From contig NW_014040098.1 of assembly GCF_001186125.1 (NCBI RefSeq), positions 1-37,511 of the forward strand: 37,511 nucleotides of DNA. Direction: 5' to 3'. Source of the stretch: Sphaeroforma arctica JP610 (taxonomy: Eukaryota). A program made the translations under genes and the position numbers. The notes beneath the pieces were generated by a model. That model did no database searches. It was given only the letters and a program-made list of their open reading frames with translations, and was not told where the DNA came from. This document shows positions 1-12,342 of the stretch, piece after piece. Numbering within the stretch: position 1 is the stretch's first letter; each line of letters starts with the position of its first letter.

Positions 1-400
1 TAGTGTCTGTGCCGTGGTCTCCTTCGTCTTGTCCGGTGTGGCTCGGAAGACGGAGTAGCCAGTGACGATGTCCAAGACGTGAAGTATATAATTGTTCTTG
101 CGTCTGGACTCCAGTGGCATTGGGATGCAATCCACTTGGATGTGGTCCCATGGATAGCGTGCGTCAATACTAATCATCGGGTGTAAGCCTTTACGAAGCG
201 TATCCTGGCCCAAACACATGGCACACTGCCGCTTTACCTCTGTGGCTAATTCTAGTGCCCCAGGTCATACATGACCGTCCTGACGGAGTTGTTGGACTGT
301 GTCCGCTGCCCCATGATGTCCCTGTTCATGTTGCGCTTGTGTAAGCCGTGTGTGTCGCTGTTGCTCTGCCGGAGTTGCCCGTTCAAACGCTGGTTGACTT
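1..400 (-). pseudogene. Family A integrase N-terminal part (HHCC zinc finger and first catalytic Asp)
   Basis: Manual translation: AQHEQGHHGAADTVQQLRQDGHV*PGALELATEVKRQCAMCLGQDTLRKGLHPMISIDARYPWDHIQVDCIPMP...YILHVLDIVTGYSVF. The TGA at 265-267 sits where Trp is expected. Confidence 0.9.
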
Positions 401-519
401 TCGGCGTCCGCCATTGCCACTTCGCGCGCTGTGTCTAAGCACATCATATACTCTATGTGCTTTGGTTCTGCATACCCAAGTCGCTGTGAAAGCAGGGGGT
501 CCAACTTGAACCCGTTGTG

Positions 520-930
520 GGGTCCCACCCGTGCTACTACCGTATGTCCCCAAGGTGTCTTCCCGCAGGCGTACTTGGCATGCTTGAGGAATGTATGGGG
601 TGGGGTGTTCGTGGGATCAATAGTGGATCTGTTTGCAATAACTGCTTGAACAAGTCAAACCATGTTGCTCTTGGTATCCATGGCAAACATACCGTTGCCC
701 GTGCACCGTCCGCTCGTATCTTGCGTAACATCCTATATATCTGTTTCCAAGGTGGGTTCATCCATCCGTCAACTGTCGACCAGTCGTGAGCAAACGCGCC
801 TTCTCCCTCGTCCTTAGTCCAGAATCTAGGGAGCTGAGCGTTGGGTGGATCTGCAAATACATCTGCGTCGTTCGGACCGAAGTGTTGTTGCGCTTGTTCA
901 AAGTAGCTAGGGAACAACTGCCAACAATCC
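520..930 (-). pseudogene. Family A Dam/DIRS-like N6-adenine methyltransferase domain in Pol
   Basis: TDCWQLFPSYFEQAQQHFGPNDADVFA (motif I-like), NAQLPRFW, GAFAHDW, WMNPPW (747-758, motif IV), ATVCLPWIPRATWF. After a frameshift near 600: TFLKHAKYACGKTPWGHTVVARVGP. Confidence 0.85.
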
Positions 931-984
931 GTATACAGTATTTCAGGTTCGTCCTGCTCCGCTGTTCCCTCATGCACTCCTTCT

Positions 985-1830
985 TGCCACGTTAGTGCGT
1001 GCCTTTCCTTCCATCGGTCGCCGATCAACTCTTTCGGTTTGAGCTTGCGAAATTCGCGCAACGGTGCAACCGTATTCGCAAAGTTAGGGAGATGCTCATG
1101 GAGATAATTCGCCAACCCTAAGGCAGAGGCTATATATTTGTACCGTAGTGGGGGTAGGCCAGTCAATAAGTTTCGCCTGTTTCTCATGATCAATGTCTAT
1201 GTCCTTATCCGACACCTTCTTTCCTATGATCATCACTTCCGAAATGGCAAAGTGGCATTTGGCAGGATTGAGCTTACCCCGTTGAATCACCTTCCACACC
1301 GTCTCGATATGTTCGTAGTAGTCATCACTAGCGATCACGATGTCGTCGATATAGTGATGGACCGGTAAGCCATCCAGTATCGTGCTCAAGGTTCGCTGGA
1401 ACTGTTGTGTGAGCACGTGTAGTCCAAACGGCGCTGATGTTAACGAGTACAGGTAACGCTCGTGAGTGAAACTAAAGAGATATTGTGAGTCAGGATGGAT
1501 CGGTAGCCTATGATAAGCAGCCGATATGTCCAGCGTGGTGTAGTACTTCTTACTCTTGAGGCGAGAGATCAGTTCGTTGACCTTGGGAATTAAGAACTGA
1601 TCGCCTGGGATCAGGGCGTTGACCGCCCGCATATCTAAGCACACGCATACCTTCTTCACATTCCTCTCTGCATCAAACGTCAGGACCGCGAGGAGCGAAA
1701 AGTTAACCGTCGTTGGTGTCGTCCGCTTCGTTATGACCAGGTCCGACAACCATTTCTGTACTTGCTCGTCTACGTATGGTAGCCACCGGTCGGATACGAA
1801 GTTACGCGTTGATCTGCGCATATGCATCGC
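985..1830 (-). pseudogene. Family A reverse transcriptase
   Basis: KKVCVCLDMRAVN, YTTLDISAAYHRL, APFGL, HHYIDDIVIAS, KLNPAKCHFA, LIDWPTPTT, then frameshifted thumb LGLANYLHEHLPNFANTVAPL. Confidence 0.95.
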
Positions 1831-2049
1831 CTGTTCGTGGGTTACCGGAATAGTAACCTCGCTCCCTTCCAGACGACAACGTGCGTTGTCAGCAATCTAT
1901 GCGTTCGTTTCTAAGTCCCGTGTGAGTCCCTGTGTTCGGCGCCTGTCGGCGTGAGATTGGTTCGAGAAGCTCGTCGAGTTCTGTAGGGTCGATAGGCGCG
2001 AGTGGAGATTTGAATGCCTCCTATGTATAGGCCCAAACCCTTCAACATG

Positions 2050-2409
2050 TCTTGTCCCACTATAACGTCTATCCCCATGGTAAAATCATTAGTTATAGTG
2101 AGCCGTCAATGATCTTGGACCCATACCGAATAGGAACCACTTCCGTCGTCCCCAGTCGAGGAGTTCGAACCGCCTTGTCAGCTAAATATATGAATGACCC
2201 ATGTGGTGCTGGAGTTGTCGGGCGGCCGAGGAGGTCTGCGGATGTCTGTGATTTGCTCCCGTGTCAATTAGTGCCTTGAACATCTGTCCGTTCACTTGCA
2301 CTTGGATATAAACACGGTTATCAGACGACAGCAATGGGTCCTGTATCGCCATTACGTCCCTAATAGTGTTAACAAATGTGAAGCTCCTATCCAACTCAGA
2401 CACCCTCAC
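2050..2409 (-). pseudogene. Family A aspartic protease
   Basis: RVYIQVQVNGQMFKALIDTGANH (DTG motif), frameshifted downstream. Confidence 0.85.
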
Positions 2410-2436
2410 CTCTCATGCTAGGTCGTTCACCGACTC

Positions 2437-5135
2437 CTAATCACCTTGGTCCTGGTCTGTTTCCATCGCTGTAGGGTCGAAGTCTTCCGTGAGTATCGTA
2501 TTGATATGTACCTCTGTCGCTGCCGACGGTGGTACGAAACTGTCCTCGGACGTAATCGCGTTCACCTGTACTTGAGGTGTCGGGCGAGAGGTAGCCAATT
2601 CTCTGGTCGGGTTTAGTAACCTGACCCTGCCCTGAGGCTCGGGATGCGGGTGGTCTATAGGCTGGTTGTGTGTATCGTGATGCCCGGCTGTTGTCATACG
2701 AACGTGTCCTGCCCTCCGCACCTCCTGGTGGAACTACCCGGAAATGATGACAGCGTGGAATATGACGCGCCCCTGGTGGAGCTTGTGCCTGACATTCAGC
2801 GTATGTAGTAGGTGCTGTCGGTTGTGGTCGCTCTGCCCAGTTTTGTGCCTGATGTCACGTCGTCTGCGGGTTGGGGCGGCTATTGGTTTGTTACGGTTTT
2901 GTGTACGTGCCGTAGTGCGTTGATGCACGTCCTGGATGTCGGGACTTAACAACTGGATAAGCTCATGCGTCTTCATCAACTGCCATTTGGGATGCAACTG
3001 TAGAGTGCATTCGTACGTACGGCCGTTGAGAGCCTCCTCTAGCAGTTGAACTATGCAATGGTTTAGTAGGTTCTACTGAAATCTGTATCCGTCTGGCACC
3101 GTTCACGTGCCCTCCTATGGCTCTCCATCAGCTGTGCCATCTGTTCCATAATAGAAATGTGCATATTACGACTGTGACCCTTGGCAAGCTTGCGAAATGC
3201 GGGTGAAAATTTTTCAAGTCTGTGAAAGTATTCTTTATTTACTTTTGTACTCCGTATTTATACTATTTTTCGTCAAAATTGAACGGCCCTTTCGACTCGA
3301 AAATTTCCTTTGCCAAAGAAATTCCAACGGACGTGCGCGGTCTTTTTTTAGATTCCATCTCCAAAAATACAAACACAATTTCTTCAAATACACTTAAACG
3401 TCTAAGACTCACAACTCAATGAATATTCACTCAAACAACTTGAATAAGGTGTCATATGAAAGGGAAAAACATTTCCTATCAAATGATACCTGTAACAAAA
3501 TTACACATATAATAGATCAAACACAATCGGCGTACGAAACACATTCGTAAACACAACATACAAAAAGCATACTTAGATAATTGGTTCCTCGATGGACTAG
3601 GTCTGAGTCCAACACTTAAACATCATTCACCTTTGACAATATGATTTTTCTACAGCGGGATCCACAGTGGCTTGCGTCTCGTGGGAGTAGATCTGTTCGA
3701 TTTGTAGTTGTGGGGTCCACATCTTCAATTGTTCAGAGTTGTCGCGTATGTAGTCCAATGTGGATTTTTCTGCTTTAAAGTAAGATAACACCTTGTGAAA
3801 CCATGTGAGGCTCCAACTTTCGTCTAACCCTGCGATCTGCGCTTTCTTAAAAGCCTCCAGTAGAGCCCCTCTCGTATCCCGTTCCATGATTTCATGGAGG
3901 TGATATCTGTTCGAAGGCCAGTCCGGCCATGTCCGTGGTGATGGTACTGGACGTTTCTCCACTGGTCGGGCCTCTAGCGTGGCTCGGAGTGTCTCAATCG
4001 AACCCCTAAGGGCTTCAGCCCGAGCCGTGTTGTCATCCTCTATAGCTTGACATAATTCGTCGCTCAAGTGTAGTATACGTGCGTGTAACACCTGGCGGCT
4101 CTTTTCAATACTCGCCGGTGTAGGAGGAGGTGTAGGCATCGTTGTCTCCGCTGGCTTCTAATATTGTTCTTGCCCACTCCGCCGTTGGTGTGCATAATGT
4201 GGTCTCCGTACGTCGAGGGGTCTGTACATACTCACTAGCGGATTCCTTCTCGAACAACTGACGTTGTTGGTGTTGGCGATATGTCGAACACATCTGGTCT
4301 TGTTTAGTCTTGAGTGCCTCCTGCCCGTGTGGGTTCCGTTTGGCCAACACTTGCTCACGTACCAACTCCTGGAATGATGGCGCTGCCTCCCTGGATGACA
4401 GGACAGTGTTTCTTCCTCCTCAGAGGGTTGCCCTTCCGACTCCGGTGACTCGTATCCAAGGCCATGATGTGGTTGTGAACGACCTAGTATTCGGAACGTA
4501 GGGTTTTTCTCCCTGCTTCATGTTGTCTGCCCTTGTCTGTGTGAACTAGTAGATGGGGCGTGCGGAGACAACAATGTCGTAGGGCGCTCCGAAGCCGTAC
4601 TTTGCAATCTTTGTTCATACTTCTATAACAGCGATTGTTGTTGAGCCATGAGCTCGGTGATCTTTTGCGTTGACAGCTGCTCCCGTGTTGTACCCTTGTT
4701 GCTGGGGCGACGGCGATAACGTCTCCGCTTGTTAGGTGGGAGGCGTGGTTGCCCATTAACAGAGGATGAGGCGCCTGAGATACCCGAAGACGAACGAAGA
4801 GGCAGTCCTCCGTTACTGGCTACCTGTTCACCAGTAATGGACTGTTCCTTGTCCTCGCGCAGGTCAGAATCTCCCTTGGCCTCGTCGTTGTGTGCTACGT
4901 CTTCCGTTGTAAGGCTAGGTTCGCCCCTAGTTGCCGTAGGTATCTGTCGATCAAAGTTTGCTTCCTGGTTATGGATCTCGTCATCCTGAGTATCCCTCCG
5001 CCCTGTCTCAGACCGATGGCGGGGATGATTCGTTGGAGGTTGGTAGCGCTTGGGCCCTTTCTGGTCTATATCATCATCCTCTCGACGTTCAGAGGTTAGG
5101 CGTTGCTGTCGGCGGCTTTGACGTGTGTTGGACAT
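2437..5135 (-). pseudogene. Family A gag (fragmented)
   Basis: Colinear minus-strand ORFs (4623-5135, 3627-4139, 2437-2721) upstream of the protease, with low-complexity R/Q/P-rich segments; ends GD-TAG at 2437-2439. Assigned by position. Confidence 0.65.
3154..3650. mobile_element. AT-rich ~500-bp insertion in family A gag, possibly a MITE
   Basis: Abrupt drop in GC content interrupting gag; flanked by TA on both sides (3152-3153, 3651-3652); imperfect terminal inverted repeats GAAATGTGCATATT / AATATGATTTTTC. Confidence 0.5.
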
Positions 5136-6409
5136 AATAGGTATGTAATGTAATATAATGGAAGTTTGGAAATGTATGCAGCAGTCATCCTCAAAATAGT
5201 TCGGGTATAAATACTTCCCCGTCCTAGAGGTTCGACGCCCTTCTCAACAAATCTCGACATTCTTACTTAGACAATTTATTTCGTCCCTTGCCGCAGTATC
5301 AACTCACCCATGAATCCTGCGCCTGTCTTTAGCCAATGCATATGTTAAATGTATTTATGTTTTAGTACCCGTCGGGGTTCACCCTACCCCCTTGTGTGCT
5401 TCTCCATTCCTCTGGTGGAGTCACATCCCTCTTCAGTGAACCCCTTTTGCTCCTGAGAAGGCTCTTCAGCTCTTGTGTTGCTCCCCGTTTGTCGCTGATG
5501 TATTCTTCCGTGTTCCAACATGTGCCATTGTGGTAAGCAACCCATGATGGCTCCATATAGGCCTTGCTGGCTCTGCCGATCCCTCTCTTATGCAACTAGA
5601 CTCTACTTAATATTGCCCTCGTACGTCCCGTCGCCCGAAGTCTCCTAAGGCAGATGTTTCTTAGTATTGTTCTTGGTTCTCGTCCATGGCCTCCTTCTCT
5701 CGGTAGAAAACTTCTCTGTGAGTGTGTTGAGCTATAGTTTCTTGCAACGACTGGAATAGAATGTTAGCCCGTCTCGCTTACTGTAAATCTACTCGTTCTA
5801 AGCCTCTATGTGCAGGTGGTATGTTTATCCTTATTCCTACCCCCATATTTTCTACAAAGGTATAAATAACATTGCTATAGTTTGCTTTTGTCTAGATCTG
5901 GCGTGGGTCTATAATGTTTGTAATGTTATAACTTTTAACCCTACCTACCGTAGGCACTACTATCTTATATCTTCTCTTAAATATTTCTCTGTTCAACACT
6001 CTAAAATCTACCTTTTCTGACTCTATTGGAAAACTTATAATAGACCTAAAATAATCAAATAAACTACGTACTATAGTATTCTGACCACATGCGACCTCTC
6101 GGCGTTGTAATATGTTTTCTCGGTGAGGAGATCAACATCTCGCCTGTCCGTATGTGGATATCGACCCATTCAAGGCCTGAGAGGTGAGAGAGTCGCGCGG
6201 TCAACTTGCTAGCGCATATATCGATGATAAGTTCCCATTGGAGATTAGTCATGGCTTGTTGTCACTCGTCGGGGTTACGCATATATGCGTTGGTATTCAG
6301 GTGTATAGATGGCTTGTATGTGAGGCTCATATCTCGGGATCTGGTCAGAGTTTAGTGTAGAGCGGCGACTCAAATGATCATCATTACAATGAATTTCATC
6401 GTAGCATCA

Positions 6410-8380
6410 ACTTCTCTATCATGGTCTCACAATTGAAAGTCCTCTCATCTACCAAAATTAGGTGAGTGGTTTGTGTTCTACGTTCGATATTTTCATTAAA
6501 GCAACGCGATCGGATAAGCATGCACTTTCTGAACCAGGATCAATTAATTCAAGGACTTTATTTTCATTGCAATATACAGGGATTACTACGCGCTCATCTA
6601 AGGAGTCGTTGTATTTTTTTGTTTGAATTGAACCCGCTAGTACCTTCACTCCAACTTAATGTCGGGTTTCTTGTCGAAGACTTAGCGTGATGGTCATTTG
6701 TCTTCTCGCACTTGTCGCACTTACTAAGATAGTGCTTATAAGTCAGTTCGTGGCGCCCGTTCCATCAACCGTTCGGGGTTAATTGGTACATATCGTACCC
6801 ACGCTTTGTAATAGCAGGGGCCTCCACGTTAGAATCTTGTATATAACCATGCTTTTAAAAGTACGTAAAACTTGGTTTTCCTAAATTGTTTTTTAACGGT
6901 GAAATTAATTAAATACCTTTTCCATTTTTCATTTCAGATATTTGGACATGGCCATTAAAGGCTCGATTATATGCCAAAGATATGATTTGGCCTCGTTCTA
7001 TTAATATAACTATATTAGACTTCCAAATCTATTTATATCTGAATACTCCGGTAGCGAGATGGCTCAACCGAACACAGGTTTCTAGGGACGATTAGCGTTG
7101 CTTAGTTTATCATCCGTTCAGCCAACCAGATTGCCAATCTGACGAAGGCTAGTCGGTAATTCTTGATAGTGAATAGTTATTGGTTAATACAATAACCAGC
7201 GACAACAATAATATTTTTCTTTTTCTTTTTTCTGTTTTTCTTTTCTTCTAAAGATAGGAGGATTTCACGAGTCTCTCGAATTTGTCCCGACGAAACATAG
7301 TAATAGTCTCAGGACTGAGAGGATTATATATAGGCAATGTCTCAGCCGCACAATCCCCCAGAGTGTTTCACGAGGCATACCTAACTTTACTAAAAGACTC
7401 ATTCCGTTTATTTTAGTTTGAATTTATTGAACTTAAGACCATTTTAAAGCGTTTAACTACTCTAAGTTGTTAACACCGCCTTGGGAGGCCGAAATTTACA
7501 ACTTCTCGTCCGCATACTTCTTGACTTTTTTTGTACGGAGGTTCCTTTTCGACACGCGCCTTCTTTTGGGTCGCATGTTGGGAACGTTCTCTCGCGGGCG
7601 TACCGATGGACGCTCGTTAGAGGTCTGTTGGGACACGTACCCTTGATCAGACTTCCCCCATGGTTCATTACCAACCACGTGCTCTTTCGAGGATACTTGA
7701 TCCTAGGTATATGTGTCGTATACAGTATAAAAAAACTGCTCCCAACGTAGTCGGATCAAGTGGAACTTTTTCGCTTGACCCTGTACTATCGACTCGTTTG
7801 ACATACTTGCGACAAAGTTCGCTATACAGCCTCTCGCGATCGTTGCTACCAATGTTCACGCAAAGTACATGCTTGGCACGCAACTCATACTATCATGGCT
7901 TTTCATCCCTGGTTATATTAGGTCTGTTTAAGTCCGTGTCGAGCATTAATATGTAGCTCAGTATGGTAGTGCTCGGTGCTAGGAGTACCAAGATCGGACA
8001 TATAACTCGGCTGCGCATACCTTTGCTTAGTAGGAAGGCTACTAATCAGCATACCTCATGCCAGTTATGACAGCGGTCAAGCTCGTCGAGGTGCTTCTGA
8101 AGGATCTGATAACCGATTCCTTCAGGATTGAACGATTGTATAAGCGCAGAGATCCATTGCTGGAGTGCGATGTCATTCGTCTCTAGCATTACAGGAAAGG
8201 CGTTCAGGGAACGAGACAGTGTCTCGAGATCATGGTTATTGATGAACTCGGACTTCTGGGAGTTAGTATCCCAGTTCGACGTATGTTTACTGATCATGTC
8301 CTTGTATTTCTGATTGTCGCGGTTATCCTGACCGCGTTATGCATGTAACAGCTGAATGATACGCTTCTGTTTGATGGCAC
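6410..8380 (-). mobile_element. Gypsy family B, copy B1 fragment (3' gag + protease), split by a solo LTR
   Basis: Reverse complement aligns by eye with ~14280-15560: NNHDLETLSRSLNAF, NIGSNDRERLYSEL, KCDKCEKTNDHH, VVIPVYCNENKVLELIDPGSE. Confidence 0.9.
6807..7500 (+). repeat. Solo LTR of family B (694 bp, TGTA...TACA) with 4-bp TSD
   Basis: Starts TGTAATAGCAGGGGCCTCCAC and ends GAAATTTACA; homologous to LTRs at 29389/34501-35216 and 36433-37203. Flanks GCTT/ACTT; removing the LTR and one TSD restores gag DEKCGYDM (DAQCGNDM in B2). Confidence 0.92.
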
Positions 8381-8525
8381 CGTTTATTATCCAGCTGCAG
8401 AACAGTAAGTATCCTATAATACCATATATTGGCTACTAATACCGTATAAGAGTAGCTACACCTTAGCTACTATAATAGCTATACCTAGACTTTTCTTTTT
8501 CTTTTCTTAATATCTAGTTAATACT

Positions 8526-10655
8526 ATGACTGAAGGAAATTCTGAAGGCAAGGGTGCCGTAAGCTCCAAGCCTGCTAAGCCTCCTGAGGTTCCTGTGATC
8601 CCTGTGAAAGCGCTGGCCCATCTGATACTGAGGCTGCCGAGGAAAATGTGATGGAAGCTAATTCCGAGGTTGATTATGAGTATAATTATGAGGATGATTC
8701 ATCGGAGCCTAAAGTATTGAAAGAAGATGTCTCTGCTGCCACGGAAAGACTCGCCAGTGTCCGTGTATCGCCCAGGAGTGAAGCCCAAGATCCCAGCTTA
8801 CCACTTGACCACGAGCAATCGAATGTTGGGGACCGACTCAAGAATGTTGGGAAATTTGTTGCGGCCGATGTTGGGAAGGCCATAACATATGAACGAGTTG
8901 AGGGCTCTATACGAATCCGACGCCAAGCTCTGCCAAGAACCTGCACAAGCGTCCTGCCATCGATGTCGGAGTGATTTCTTTAAATGTTGGGGGGGAAACA
9001 TCAAATGTTGGTGTTACATTTGGGCGGATGTTGGGGAAGCCAGAACTCGTCAACGGCTGGTTGGATCTTCTCGGTCTCGACGTCATATTAACAGCACTGA
9101 AGCCAGACTCTATACGAGTCCGACGCCGAGCTACTGTCAAGAACCTGCTCAAGCGTCCTGTCATCGATGTCGGGGTGATTTCTTCAAATGTTGGTGAGGA
9201 AACTTCAAATGTTGGTGCTAAATTGGGGCGGATGTTGGGGAAGCAATAACTTGTCAACGGCTGGTTGGATCTTCTCAATATCGACGTCATATTAACAGAA
9301 CTGAAGCGCTCTACTAAACTTTTCCGAGTCGAGTTTCGAATTCGGGACCTGTGTACTGGTCTACCAGCCTGCAGGATTATCACGGAGCCAGTTACCACTG
9401 GTGAAGTTGGTAGGAACTCAACATGTAATCTGTACCTTTCAGATGCTACCATCGACCATCATCTTGATAGACCTAACCTTGTCAGAGGCTATGATCGTAT
9501 AAAACTCGATGAGGCTTACCAACCTCGTAACAGCGACCTTCAATTACCATCTAACCCTGGTAATCACGATTTTGGCAATCGCTACACCAGTACCTCTTTA
9601 GAGAGTTCCCGCTGTAGCTCTGGGGATGAGGTAGAGAGAACAAGATAAGATCGTCTTAGGATACTACGATCTGGTATGCAAGTACCAGAAGACCGTCTAT
9701 TGAATAACTCTGACCTAAATGATTAACAAGCAAACAACATACGCTATCTATTCGAAAATAAAATAAAGAAGATAGACACTCAATGTTGGCATAAGCAGCC
9801 TGAAGCACTGAGCGAGCGTCACGTGAGCATTTTGAACCAAGTTTTATAAAGCGGCTATGTAACGCGAACGCTGAGGTCGATTTCTCTACTAACGAGAGTA
9901 CAATGGGGACACTGAAAGCCTTTGAGCGAAAGGAATCTGCCAAGATTATGAATAAACTGATGATGAAAGCTTCTATCCATAAACGAATGCCGTGCTATCT
10001 TGAAAGCCCATGATCCCAATTGAAAAACCCTACCCTGAAACCAGTTGTGCGGTAGTATACTTAAGGCCTTCTTTGAAGATGCACGTGACTGTGAATATAT
10101 AGGGTCTCGCAAGTCCTTTGCGAACGTAATTACCATTCGAGGCGCTCGAGCTTATATGACACATATGAACACCCGGATGGGAGGTCGCACCTATACTGTC
10201 GAGTATTTATTGATTTGTCAGATGGAGACACTGAGGGCTAACATATTTAAGAAGGTCAATGACGACATCATCGCTTATGGTGATTTGCGATCCATGCATT
10301 AGTCTGACTTTGACTTTGAGAAGATAGTTTGAAAGCACACCAAACCGAGACCACGAGCTTTACCCATCCCGCTAAGCGTAACGCGGTAGAAGTACTACTA
10401 CGGATCCAAACCAAAGGGTGAAAAGAAGGTGAGAGCTTCTTGCAAAAAGTGTGGTTACAACCTCGCTAAGCGTAATGACAAGTGAAATGGTAGACACAAC
10501 CCTGTTGTGCTTGTAGCAGGCAATCCAGACGTTGGACAAATGTGAAAGAGAGTACTACTTGCAAGAGTACTAATGGATGGCATAACGACGATTGCAAAGA
10601 CATACCGGACGTCCAAGTTAGGCATTGACAGGTTCATATGTGTACACTAGAACAA
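8526..10655 (+). mobile_element. Gypsy family C gag remnant (degenerate)
   Basis: Starts MTEGNSEGKG at 8526. The C-terminus CKKCGYNLAKRNDK*NGRH...STTCKSTNGWHNDDCKDIPDVQVRH*(TGA 10626-10628) matches the family B gag end WNGRH...CDKCEKTNGYHTKSCDKKPNIKLE*. Confidence 0.7.
8820..9315 (+). repeat. Imperfect ~203-bp tandem repeat (~2.5 copies) inside family C gag
   Basis: CTCTATACGA.TCCGACGCC at 8905 and 9108, CTCTAC at 9309; GTCAACGGCTGGTTGGATCTTCTC at ~9049 and 9253; recurrent AATGTTGG. Confidence 0.8.
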
Positions 10656-12272
10656 GACTTTATAAAAAAGCTCAATGAAATCTGTTTACAACACAAAATA
10701 TAGACAGTCATGAGAAGCACATGATGTGCGATTTAGAACAAGTTAAATTTTATTATCTTAGATGAATTCATTTTATTTTTAATTAAATATACATAATTTT
10801 GCCTAAGACATTTCAAAAATAGAACATTAGCAGACACTTTTGCCTGTTTTCAGTTGGATGGCTGGTTTTGACTAATAAATATTTAATATTTACGACAATT
10901 TTGATGAAACAAAACTTTATTTGCGACATTGCAGTAAACCCATGATCCGTGTAGGATACTTTCTTATATTCTATTTGAAATTTTCTAGTGATCAGGCTCT
11001 GTCGTAGAAATGTTTATAAACAGACCAGAATCCAAATTGGCGGGGCTATAGACAAAGCACCCTGGACGGATATTTAGGACCAGACCAGAAAACCGGACCT
11101 ATTAGAGAAATTTCAAGACCGGACCAGAGGATCGGACCTGAGAGGATTATTTCAGAACCGGACTAAATATTGGAATAGAGGATTTAATGAGAGAGAAGGA
11201 TGAGTCATCTGACGTCATCATAAGTTAGTATCAAAGATATCAAAACCTTCGATACCGGTATTTTTACAATCACCCGTTGCTAAGGAAAATCTCGTTCCAC
11301 ATAGGAACGTGATTAATAAATACAACAGACGCGCCGATCAAAAAGGCACGTCTGACTGAGTTCACTTATTCAGACTTTTTGTCGATTCCAGATATTTTGG
11401 CAGTCACCCCTAAAACCCTAAAACCCCCTGGTTAGCGCCCGTTAACAAGTCTCAACCTCAAGTCAACATGTTGGAAAATTTGTTGTCGGAATGCGCTTCG
11501 TACTGTATCAATTATATATATAAATTCGAGCTTATAATTTTATTGGATCAATTTATTTTTAGATTCCATAATTCAATGCTTCCAGTTTGATTTGATATTC
11601 TCACCACACCACGGACGATGAACAATTGTTGGCAAAGGAAAATCGATGGCGCCGTGTGATTGGTGAATACAAAGCCATAAACCGGGGGGTTAGGGCTTAG
11701 TATTTAGCTATACCCTAAACCCTAAAAACTAAAGCTTGGCTCTTAAAAATCAGTCTCAAATAAATATTCGACAATCAATATTTGAACATTGACAATTTTT
11801 CGAAACAACAACACACAAACACACATAACGATATTAACTGAAGTTTCATGGCTTGTAGCTATAGCTCGTTACTACTGTAGTATCGACTGGGAAGATATAC
11901 GACTAATATTTCACGTTACGATCAGACAAATTAAGATATCTACGATTGACCAATATAGTGTAAGAATTCTACTCACAGAATCCCGCGCTCTATCTAGATA
12001 AACTTCAATCTAAAGTCACTGAGGGTTTTGCGAGAAAGGTGTCCTTCACGACTCTCCTGCGTGTGATGAATTATGATCTCAAGTACACCCGACGTGTCAT
12101 GGAAAATTTCGCCCGCTATGCGTCCTTCGAAATGCAACTAGACTATAGTCGGGAGCAAAGAACGGTACTTCACGAAAATACAGATATATTCACACGCAGT
12201 CAGACCAATGTAAGTGCGCGTGTGTCTAGGAACATAGAAACCCACAACGCACGCACTTACATTGATCGCATG

Positions 12273-12273
12273 C

Positions 12274-12333
<60 letters not shown>

Positions 12334-12342
12334 GCGCGCACC
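12273..12342. repeat. (CA)n microsatellite next to the gap
   Basis: Direct reading. Confidence 0.95.

Larger units (their letters stand above)
1..5135 (-). mobile_element. Ty3/Gypsy LTR retrotransposon, family A (degenerate): gag-PR-RT-[RNase H missing]-MTase-IN; runs off the left window edge
   Basis: Domain order on the minus strand: gag-like ORFs from ATG 5135, protease ALIDTGA, RT with YIDD, NPPW MTase, HHCC+D integrase. Multiple stops and frameshifts. The leader probably extends to ~6050; LTR not identified. Confidence 0.92.

Noticed and set aside
265..267. Alternative genetic code (TGA=Trp)
   Set aside because: TAG also replaces Trp at 16731, and the intact ADSS uses TGG with no internal stops; this is ordinary TE decay.
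520..930. MTase as part of a DIRS element or a bacterial restriction-modification system
   Set aside because: No tyrosine recombinase or endonuclease. It is flanked by Gypsy RT and DDE integrase, and the same fusion occurs in a second family.
5225..5250. GGTTCGACGCCC resembling a tRNA T-loop or PBS
   Set aside because: No cloverleaf, no CCA end and no adjacent LTR terminus.
6054..6400. Possible 5' LTR of family A
   Set aside because: No TG...CA termini and no second copy in the window to confirm it.
8820..9315. Repeats resembling a CRISPR array
   Set aside because: Whole ~203-bp units are duplicated with no unique spacers; eukaryotic gag context and no cas genes.
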